A DNA stretch of 64,000 nt from a virus: positions 32,001 to 96,000 of the IMG/VR virus record IMGVR_UViG_3300050821_006280. One strand, written 5' to 3'. A program made the position numbers and the translations under genes. Shown in pieces: positions 56,626 through 62,664 of the stretch; the stretch's first letter is position 1, and each line of letters starts with the position of its first letter. Below the pieces are notes generated by a model, which did no database searches, had not been told where the DNA came from, and saw nothing but the letters and a program-made list of their open reading frames with translations.

Positions 56626-56862
56626 GCTAGAGAGCTGAACATCATGTTGACCCTGAATTTACATAGGACCATAGGCGAAGCTGCCCTAGCCTCCGGTATC
56701 CAAACCGGACGGTCATGGTCCATCGTGGGTTCGGGATCGCTCTTTAGCTCGGATTGCGTCATGGGCCTGGAGCGCGGTCATAAGTATATCCAGACCCCGG
56801 CGACGACCACAAATCCCGGAGGCCCTTTCAGATAAACCTGCACCAAGGGAACTGAAAGGGCC
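56626..56862 (+). ncRNA. Unassigned structured RNA
   Basis: Nested stems GCTAGAGAGC/GCTCTTTAGC, CCCTGAATTTAC/GTGGGTTCGGG and GGACCAT/ATGGTCC, then GGCCCTTTCAG/CTGAAAGGGCC. Confidence 0.5.
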
Positions 56863-56890
56863 GCCAGGAGAGATCCTAGGCGGCTTTTTT
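56860..56890 (+). terminator. Intrinsic terminator inside the tRNA array
   Basis: GCCGCC-AGGA-GAGA-TCCT-A-GGCGGC followed by T6. Confidence 0.7.
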
Positions 56891-56919
56891 ATTTTCCGGG
56901 GTCAAAAAGGATCAAATAT

Positions 56920-57004
56920 GCGGGCGTTGAGCAGCGTGGTGGGCTCACCTGACTGTAAATCAGGCGCTTCGGCCGTGAAGGTTCGATTCCTTCCGTCCGC
57001 ACCA
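56920..57004 (+). tRNA. trnY: tRNA-Tyr(GTA)
   Basis: Cloverleaf with long variable arm and CCA. Confidence 0.9.
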
Positions 57005-57065
57005 GGAGAAGTAAATGGATCTGATCTACGAGCGAAAACGCGGGCGAACGGAAGGGCATACCTAC

Positions 57066-57138
57066 GCCTCCGTAGCCAAGCGGATAAGGCAGCGAACTTT
57101 TAATTCGTTGATCGCAGGTTCAAATCCTGCCGGGGGCA
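57066..57138 (+). tRNA. trnK: tRNA-Lys(TTT)
   Basis: GCGAA-CTTTTAA-TTCGT; T-loop TTCAAAT. Confidence 0.88.
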
Positions 57139-57155
57139 CCTGAAGGAGAGAAGTC

Positions 57156-57386
57156 ATGAAGGTCTACATGATGCACGCAGGCGGCATGAAGGAAGTCGAG
57201 ATGGAGTTCAAGAGCGCAGAGGGCGCTCTGGATCGTCTCGGTGTCCTCGGGCGTGGCGTGGAGACCATCAAGGATGACACGGGCACGGTGTTCCGTGTCG
57301 ACCTTGGACGTGGCTTCTCGACAAAAAAGGGAGAAGTGATCCGTAAGACCTCGCTGGCCGCTTCTTTGTATCGGCAGGCGGGGTAG
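57156..57386 (+). CDS. Hypothetical protein
   Basis: AAGGAG RBS; 76 aa. Confidence 0.65.
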   Translation: MKVYMMHAGGMKEVEMEFKSAEGALDRLGVLGRGVETIKDDTGTVFRVDLGRGFSTKKGEVIRKTSLAASLYRQAG

Positions 57387-57428
57387 ATAGAAATAACCGA
57401 TCCCCCTCCTAACGGCCGGGGATCGTAT

Positions 57429-57500
57429 TCGGGGATAGGTCAATGGTAGACCAGCAGCCTCTGGAGCTGCGTGTTGGGGGTTCGAGTCCCTCTCCCCGAA
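57429..57500 (+). tRNA. trnQ: tRNA-Gln(CTG)
   Basis: GCAGC-CTCTGGA-GCTGC. Confidence 0.88.
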
Positions 57501-57501
57501 C

Positions 57502-57596
57502 TAGGGTTGTCGTGACTGTGCTGTACGCGACGTGAGTGTCTGATCTTCGGATCCAGGCCAGGGCGAGCGACAGGACGGCGAAACGTCGACAACCTA
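57502..57596 (+). ncRNA. Unassigned structured RNA
   Basis: Closing stem GGGTTGTCG/CGACAACCT, a UUCG hairpin and a GACG-GCGAAA-CGTC hairpin. Confidence 0.45.
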
Positions 57597-57646
57597 TTGA
57601 TAATTTAATAGTTGACGACGCGGGGGCGCACCATCGCCCCCAATAT

Positions 57647-57718
57647 GTCCCCTTAGCTTAATTGGTAGAGCGCTGCGCTGAAGACGCGGAGACCTCGGTT
57701 CGATCCCGAGGGGGGACA
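57647..57718 (+). tRNA. trnF: tRNA-Phe(GAA)
   Basis: CTGCG-CTGAAGA-CGCGG. Confidence 0.88.
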
Positions 57719-57724
57719 CAATAT

Positions 57725-57856
57725 GCACCTGATGGTCAACGGTAGACCACCATCCTGAACAGATGGCAAATCAAATACCAGGATTGCACCTCGGCTCCTT
57801 ACGGAGCCAACTAGTGATCCTCACAAGCAGAGAAGGTTCGACTCCTTCCAGGTGCG
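57725..57856 (+). ncRNA. tRNA-like RNA (anticodon GAA, C37, G73) with a conserved domain inserted in the variable arm
   Basis: Acceptor GCACCTG/CAGGTGC; D, anticodon and T arms intact; insert at 57778-57828. Confidence 0.85.
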
Positions 57857-57862
57857 CAACAT

Positions 57863-57992
57863 GGCGCGTATGGGGATGGTCCCCAGCTCTCTTCCAAAGA
57901 GTGCAATATCCAGGATGGCACCTCGGCTTGAATAACAAGCCAACCAGCGATCCTCACAAGCTTTGTCGGTTCGATTCCGGCACGCGCCTCCA
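57863..57992 (+). ncRNA. tRNA-Gly(TCC)-like RNA (U73, CCA) with the same inserted domain
   Basis: Acceptor GGCGCGT/ACGCGCC; insert at 57910-57961. Confidence 0.85.
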
Positions 57993-58004
57993 CAGTAGCA
58001 ACAT

Positions 58005-58140
58005 GGGTGAACACAGAGGGAGGGTCCCTCGCCAGCCTTGATAGCTGGAGCCAAAAGCTCCCAGAATCACACCTCGATCTCAGCAATGGGATCAACTCGT
58101 GGTTCTTACACGCCATCCGGTTCGACTCCGGGTTCATCCA
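58005..58140 (+). ncRNA. tRNA-like RNA (anticodon TGA, U37) with a covarying copy of the inserted domain
   Basis: Acceptor GGGTGAA(C)/(G)TTCATCC; insert at 58061-58113. Confidence 0.82.
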
Positions 58141-58153
58141 CTGATTTGTTTTT

Positions 58154-58225
58154 GGGTGCGTAGCACAATGGAAGTGCAGTTGATTCTTAATCAATTGGTT
58201 CCGAGTTCGAGTCTCGGCGCACCCA
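58154..58225 (+). tRNA. trnK: tRNA-Lys(CTT)
   Basis: GTTGA-TTCTTAA-TCAAT. Confidence 0.88.
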
Positions 58226-58235
58226 CTATTGAACG

Positions 58236-58336
58236 GGTTCGATTCCCTCCCTGGGCACTATCCTGTGGTAAGATCAAATGGAGCGCAGATGCAGGTAATC
58301 GCCTCGACGTTCTCCAGTCTGATCTTTACCCCAGGG
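58236..58336 (+). ncRNA. Orphan T-arm fragment followed by a rod-shaped hairpin
   Basis: GGG-TTCGATT-CCC, then CCTG.GGTAA.GATCA..TGGAG pairing with CTCCA..TGATC.TTACC.CAGG. Confidence 0.4.
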
Positions 58337-58348
58337 CTTTCTTCCGAT

Positions 58349-58437
58349 GGAAGGGTTTGCACATTGGCAAGTCAGCACCGCTCGAAACGGTGTGGGCCGG
58401 GTAACTGGCTCTGGGAGTTCGACTCTCTCCCCTTCCG
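58349..58437 (+). tRNA. trnS: tRNA-Ser(CGA)
   Basis: CACCG-CTCGAAA-CGGTG, long variable arm, G73. Confidence 0.88.
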
Positions 58438-58463
58438 CTCTCAATACCAGCAAGGAGTACTGC

Positions 58464-58682
58464 ATGCGGACGTGCCCCGAGTGCGCGACATGGCGTGGCG
58501 CTACGAGCGAGATCAACGTTCATAAGCGCGGGACGTACTGTCCGACATGCGGTGCTACCAGGGCATTTGACGATCCTCTCTCAGAAGAGGATAACGAGAT
58601 CCAGCACCACACCATGAAGCGGAAGTTGCGCAAGGTGGACTCTTTGAGTGAGGGAGCGCGCAAGCGTTTGCGCCTCGCATGA
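58464..58682 (+). CDS. Small Zn-ribbon protein
   Basis: AAGGAG RBS; CPEC...CPTC. Confidence 0.6.
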   Translation: MRTCPECATWRGATSEINVHKRGTYCPTCGATRAFDDPLSEEDNEIQHHTMKRKLRKVDSLSEGARKRLRLA

Positions 58683-58813
58683 CCAGCTGGTGGATCTTGC
58701 GCAATATCGTAATCATGTGCAAGATCCACGTTCCAACGCTGTTTCGGTGGATCGGTCCGTTTTTGTTGTAACCGGATTGATCGACCTCCGTATGGATGAT
58801 ACTGTGCTCTGTA

Positions 58814-59248
58814 ATGCGAGAGCTTAGTCACCACACGAAGGATAAAGGCGATCAAGGAGTCGGGTTCGTGATCGCTTCGCTTCTTTCCCACAATATCAAG
58901 ATTGCTCTTCCGCTAAGTGAACATCTTCCGTTTGATCTGATTGCAATTTCTACTTCAGGACAAATGCGAAAGGTGTCAGTTAAGTATCGTGCGGAAAGAG
59001 ATAGCAAAATTGAGGTAAGACCAGAAAGTAATTGGTCGAACGCAAAACAGTTCTGCACTCGCAAATACGAGCCAGGCGAAGTCGATGCATATGCCATCTA
59101 CTGTCCTAATACAAAGACGTGCTATTTTGTTCGGGAGTCAGATGCACTTCATGGAATCATTCTTCGCATGGAACCGCCAGGCAACGGCCAGACAAAGGGC
59201 ATACGAATGGCGAAGGATTTCGTAGATCCAAATTCGATATTTGTATAG
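58814..59248 (+). CDS. Group I intron-associated-type PD-(D/E)XK homing endonuclease (free-standing)
   Basis: TKDKGDQG...PLSEHLPFDLI...KVSVKY...Y...VDAYAIYCP. Confidence 0.8.
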   Translation: MRELSHHTKDKGDQGVGFVIASLLSHNIKIALPLSEHLPFDLIAISTSGQMRKVSVKYRAERDSKIEVRPESNWSNAKQFCTRKYEPGEVDAYAIYCPNTKTCYFVRESDALHGIILRMEPPGNGQTKGIRMAKDFVDPNSIFV

Positions 59249-59255
59249 ATTTCAC

Positions 59256-59344
59256 GGAAGGATGGCAGAGAGGCTTAATGCGGCGGCTTGCTAAGCCGTT
59301 GTGCTGGGTAACCGGTACCGCGGGTTCAAATCCCGCTCCTTCCG
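59256..59344 (+). tRNA. trnS: tRNA-Ser(GCT)
   Basis: GCGGC-TTGCTAA-GCCGT, long variable arm. Confidence 0.9.
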
Positions 59345-59346
59345 CC

Positions 59347-59454
59347 GGTCAGTGAAAGGCCTAGTAGCTGACCAAATAAAACGCTCGCACCCAACGTGAG
59401 TTCCTCGGCATCGGCCGAAGCGTAAAAAGGAATCCCTGCGAAGGGTCTGGGTGT
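59347..59454 (+). ncRNA. Unassigned structured, possibly pseudoknotted RNA
   Basis: GGTCAGT/GCTGACC; GCACCCA/TGGGTGT enclosing TTCCT/AGGAA, TCGGC/GCCGA and CCCT-GCGA-AGGG; ACGCT/AGCGT crossing pair. Confidence 0.45.
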
Positions 59455-59457
59455 TTT

Positions 59458-59531
59458 CCGGGTGTAGCTCAGTTTGGAAGAGCATCCGCTTTGGGAGCGG
59501 AGGGTCACTGGTTCAAATCCAGTCTCCCGGA
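59458..59531 (+). tRNA. trnP: tRNA-Pro(TGG)
   Basis: TCCGC-TTTGGGA-GCGGA. Confidence 0.88.
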
Positions 59532-59550
59532 CTACTGTAGTATTCGAGCC

Positions 59551-59772
59551 ATGAGCCGGCTTCTCTCCGTCGAAATGGCACTGACCATCTTCGTCATGAG
59601 CGCCGCCGGTTGCTATGTCGCTCTCACGCTTCGTGATCTATGGCGTCAGTACAGGCGCTATCGACGATTGAAAAAAGAAGGACCTTCCCCTGGTACCCCG
59701 GTGTACTTCGTCTCGAAGCAGGATAGAGCCAAAGACGATACCCCAGTCACGAAGAAGACGATCAAACACTAA
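59551..59772 (+). CDS. Small membrane protein
   Basis: One TM helix followed by a basic tail. Confidence 0.55.
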   Translation: MSRLLSVEMALTIFVMSAAGCYVALTLRDLWRQYRRYRRLKKEGPSPGTPVYFVSKQDRAKDDTPVTKKTIKH

Positions 59773-59774
59773 AT

Positions 59775-59849
<75 letters not shown>

Positions 59850-59895
59850 GCTTGCAATTCAGGACATGTAACAGTACGCTGTTTAAGATCCAAAT

Positions 59896-59971
59896 GCGGG
59901 TGTAGCTCAATTGGTAGAGCGCTAGCCTTCCAAGCTGGATGCTGTCGGTTCGAGTCCGATCGCCCGCTCCA
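59896..59971 (+). tRNA. trnG: tRNA-Gly(TCC)
   Basis: CTAGC-CTTCCAA-GCTGG, U73, CCA. Confidence 0.92.
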
Positions 59972-60213
59972 TGAGAATCACGAGAGTAATTATCGAAGCT
60001 GAAGGCGATATTTCTGGATCAGCTTATCCGCCAACAGAAATACCGGGCTGCGGCCATGGATATCATGCCAAAGTCACGTATTCAGTCGACATGGAAACTG
60101 GCAAATGCGAAGCGGATGTTGACCTTCCAGGACTTGCAATGATTTCGAGTGACAAGTGGGAGCTTCATCTTCAAGAGGTCGCTGAACGCTGCAAGCGACT
60201 CATCAATCAGTAA
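59971..60213 (+). CDS. Hypothetical protein whose ATG overlaps the tRNA CCA end
   Basis: 80-aa ORF exactly filling the inter-tRNA gap. Confidence 0.5.
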   Translation: MRITRVIIEAEGDISGSAYPPTEIPGCGHGYHAKVTYSVDMETGKCEADVDLPGLAMISSDKWELHLQEVAERCKRLINQ

Positions 60214-60214
60214 T

Positions 60215-60287
60215 GCCCTCATAGCTCATTTGGTAGAGCACCGCTTTCGTAAAGCGGGGGTGGTCAGTTCGATCCTGACTGGGGGCT
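60215..60287 (+). tRNA. trnT: tRNA-Thr(CGT)
   Basis: CCGCT-TTCGTAA-AGCGG. Confidence 0.9.
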
Positions 60288-60291
60288 CCGT

Positions 60292-60364
60292 GCCGGTGTA
60301 GCTCAATTGGCAGAGCGCCTCCCCTGTAAGGAGGATGTTGCGGGTTCGATGCCTGTCGCCGGCT
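60292..60364 (+). tRNA. trnT: tRNA-Thr(TGT), C33 variant
   Basis: CCTCC-CCTGTAA-GGAGG. Confidence 0.85.
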
Positions 60365-60379
60365 CTAAGGAGAGAAACG

Positions 60380-60538
60380 ATGCCGTGTTGGCCATGCGCA
60401 AAAGAGATCGAAGTTGGCAGTCTATGCGCTAGCTGCGAGCGCGGCGGAGATGATGACTGCGTACGAAAGCAGTCCATTTTCATCAAAAAACGTCGAAGCA
60501 ATAAGAAGAAACCTCGGTCTCCAGTCACCGGAAAGTGA
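60380..60538 (+). CDS. Small Cys-rich basic protein
   Basis: AAGGAG RBS; CWPC...CASC. Confidence 0.5.
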   Translation: MPCWPCAKEIEVGSLCASCERGGDDDCVRKQSIFIKKRRSNKKKPRSPVTGK

Positions 60539-60544
60539 TCTTAT

Positions 60545-60566
60545 TCCAGTGTAGCTCAGTCTGGAC
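60545..60566 (+). pseudogene. Orphan 5' fragment of tRNA-Asn left by the endonuclease insertion
   Basis: TCCAGTGTAGCTCAGTCTGG versus TCCAGCGTAACTCAGT-TGG at 61004. Confidence 0.7.
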
Positions 60567-60596
60567 AATTACCCAACTGTCTCGTAGTTTTGCTGC

Positions 60597-61013
60597 ATGA
60601 AAAACGATCCAAAAGCCAAAGGGGAGCGATCGGAGGCTATGGTTCTAGCGGCACTTCTGCGAAGTGGCAAGTCCGTTCTGCGACCGTTCGGTGATAACGA
60701 GCGATACGATCTAGTCATTGACGACGGCGAAAAATTCTCCAGAGTTCAATGCAAAACAGCACGTCGGGTTGGAAACGTCCTTAAATTCGACACGTGTTCA
60801 TCGTATTCGCACCGCGGTGGGAAGAAAAAAGACTACCGCGGCCAGGTTGAGTTCTTTGGCATCTACAGTCCAGATGTCGATCGTGTATTCCTTGTTCCAG
60901 TCAGTCATGTTGGTACCACGAGCGCATCGCTTAGACTTACTCCGACTGTTAATGGCCAGCATGTCAACGTTAGGCTTGCTAGCGATTATGAATTGTCTTT
61001 CATTCCAGCGTAA
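60597..61013 (+). mobile_element. Free-standing PD-(D/E)XK homing endonuclease gene inserted into tRNA-Asn
   Basis: PKAKGERSEAMV...PFGDNERYDLVID...RVQCKT...YRGQVEFFGIY; last codons and stop form the 5' end of tRNA-Asn. Confidence 0.82.
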
Positions 61014-61076
61014 CTCAGTTGGCAGAGTGCCTCACTGTTAATGAGGAGGTCACAGGTTCGAGTCCTGTCGCTGGAG
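61004..61076 (+). tRNA. trnN: tRNA-Asn(GTT)
   Basis: CCTCA-CTGTTAA-TGAGG, G73. Confidence 0.9.
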
Positions 61077-61078
61077 CT

Positions 61079-61205
61079 GTCATTCCTGAGATCGTCACCA
61101 GACGACGCCAGGCGGACGTGGTGAAAGTCCACGTGATCTCACAGCCGCTACGGGGCCGGCAGAAGCACCATCTCCCGCCGCCGTTTGCTCGGTCTTTGGG
61201 ATGAC
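61079..61205 (+). ncRNA. Unassigned rod-like structured RNA
   Basis: GTCATTCC.GAGATCG pairing with CGGTCTT.GGGATGAC; internal ACGTGG/CCACGT hairpin. Confidence 0.5.
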
Positions 61206-61208
61206 AAT

Positions 61209-61282
61209 GAACCGCGCGCCGGACTGGGATGGCACTGGCCTGTTAAGCCAGGATAAGCAGGGTTCGATTCCCTGGCGGTTCG
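61209..61282 (+). tRNA. Second, atypical tRNA-Asn(GTT)
   Basis: GAACCGC/GCGGTTC, CTGGC-CTGTTAA-GCCAG; G8 and unusual D-arm. Confidence 0.75.
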
Positions 61283-61293
61283 CAGACTAGATT

Positions 61294-61366
61294 GCGAGAG
61301 TAGCTCAGCTGGTAGAGCGCATCCTTCCCAAGGATGATGTCGTGGGTTCAAATCCCATCTCTTGCT
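61294..61366 (+). tRNA. trnG: tRNA-Gly(CCC)
   Basis: CATCC-TTCCCAA-GGATG, U73. Confidence 0.9.
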
Positions 61367-61368
61367 CC

Positions 61369-61458
61369 GACGGCAGTTGGTGTTTGGAGCTTCCCCCGAG
61401 CGGAGACGTTCGGAGGATGACGAGCTAGCGGAAGCAGTTCGTCGCCACCTGCCGTCCA
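61369..61458 (+). ncRNA. Unassigned structured RNA ending in CCA
   Basis: GACGGCAG.TGGTG pairing with CGCCA.CTGCCGTC; GAGA and GGAA tetraloop hairpins. Confidence 0.5.
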
Positions 61459-61465
61459 TTTCCAC

Positions 61466-61541
61466 GGCGCCATCGTCTACTGGTTAGGACCCGGGCCTTT
61501 CACGTCCGAGAAGTGGGGTTCAATTCCCCCTGGCGCCACCA
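61466..61541 (+). tRNA. trnE: tRNA-Glu(TTC)
   Basis: CGGGC-CTTTCAC-GTCCG, CCA. Confidence 0.9.
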
Positions 61542-61544
61542 TCT

Positions 61545-61619
61545 GGTCCCATAGTCTAATGGTTAGGACGCCGGCCTCTCACGTCGGAATTCCGAGTTCA
61601 AATCTCGGTGGGATCACCA
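61545..61619 (+). tRNA. trnE: tRNA-Glu(CTC)
   Basis: CCGGC-CTCTCAC-GTCGG, CCA. Confidence 0.9.
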
Positions 61620-61624
61620 TGCAC

Positions 61625-61702
61625 GTCCCATTCGTCTAGCTGGCCTAGGACGCTGCCCTCTCAAGGCGGAAACGGCGAGTTCAAATCTCCCATGGGACAC
61701 CA
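61625..61702 (+). tRNA. trnE: tRNA-Glu(CTC), second copy
   Basis: CTGCC-CTCTCAA-GGCGG, CCA. Confidence 0.88.
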
Positions 61703-61753
61703 CTTCCAAATTGATCAATGGACGGGTAGATTGCTCGATCAAAGGAGATCCAA

Positions 61754-62134
61754 ATGATCAAACCTTCTACCCTGTTCATGATCTTGTTTCCCGTCCTGCT
61801 TTCTGGCTGCCCTGCCCACACCGATATCAAGGCAACGTTGAAGGATTTCGGTATCGGTGAGCTGGACTGTGGCAAGGCTGCTGTGGCGAATGAAATGCCG
61901 ACCATCACTCCCGCAGTTGGGGCTCTCCTCGGTGGCTCCTCGCCAAATGGTCAGTCGCTTCTCGATGCACTGTTTCGCCAGGCGCCAGAGCTGATTGCGT
62001 GTTCGGTGAAGAACTTGATCGCCACCGCTGAGCACCCTGTCATCGGTCAAGAGGTCAATCGCATGATGGCTGAGAAGAGTGCAGTCGTCGTGAAGAATGG
62101 AAAGGACGCACTTTCTCGTTGGGGTGCGCAATAG
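61754..62134 (+). CDS. Predicted lipoprotein
   Basis: AAGGAG RBS; lipobox LLSGC. Confidence 0.7.
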   Translation: MIKPSTLFMILFPVLLSGCPAHTDIKATLKDFGIGELDCGKAAVANEMPTITPAVGALLGGSSPNGQSLLDALFRQAPELIACSVKNLIATAEHPVIGQEVNRMMAEKSAVVVKNGKDALSRWGAQ

Positions 62135-62138
62135 GCTG

Positions 62139-62375
62139 ATGTCGAAGAAAGCTCATATACCAGTGATTGAACGGTTGTTGTCTGGCTGGACTCATCCGCA
62201 AGGCCCGGACATGGCGTTCAATGATGCCCTTGCCGAATGGCACTCTGACAAGGTGTTCACTGGTTCGATCTATGAGTATATGGGCTTGACCTGGGAAGAG
62301 TATCGTCGGTGGGCCGGTGATGCGAAGGCAGCCGCGGTCATCCTTCAAGAGAGACGGAGCCTACGGGCTCAATGA
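62139..62375 (+). CDS. Hypothetical protein
   Basis: EWH...IYEYMGLTWEEYRRW pattern. Confidence 0.6.
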   Translation: MSKKAHIPVIERLLSGWTHPQGPDMAFNDALAEWHSDKVFTGSIYEYMGLTWEEYRRWAGDAKAAAVILQERRSLRAQ

Positions 62376-62414
62376 AACCTCCCCTGGGCTCTGCGAAAGC
62401 AACCTGGGGTTTTT

Positions 62415-62487
62415 GAGACCATAGCTCAGCTGGTAGAGCGTCGCCTCGACACGGCGAAGGTCGCAGGTTCGATCCCTGTTGGTCTCA
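62415..62487 (+). tRNA. trnV: tRNA-Val(GAC), C33 variant
   Basis: TCGCC-TCGACAC-GGCGA. Confidence 0.88.
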
Positions 62488-62489
62488 CC

Positions 62490-62659
62490 GCTCCCGTTGT
62501 CTCAATAGGTAGACCCTATGGGTTCCTGAGAGGGAATGCGTGGGTCGCGCCGAAGTAAGCAGTGGCCTATTCGCGGTAAGCCACTGACGAACGGCATCCG
62601 TAAAGACAGCCATCCTTACGCATGGTGGATGCAGGTACCCAATCCTGCCGGGAGCGCCA
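62490..62659 (+). ncRNA. 170-nt tRNA-shaped RNA with a ~100-nt structured domain in the D-loop
   Basis: Acceptor GCTCCCG/CGGGAGC-G-CCA; D-stem GTCT/AGAC; 8-nt anticodon-like and T-like loops. Confidence 0.75.
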
Positions 62660-62664
62660 ATTCC

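Noticed and set aside
56603-56890. tmRNA, RNase P, SRP or 6S RNA assignment
   Set aside because: There are no tmRNA-like termini, RNase P P4 motif or SRP loop; only scattered short 6S-like words appear, so it is left unassigned.
57778-58113. Reading the tRNA inserts as group I/II introns, BHB introns or HDV-like theta ribozymes
   Set aside because: They are only ~52 nt, sit in the variable arm, have no intron core or bulge-helix-bulge, and form nested hairpins without the HDV double pseudoknot.
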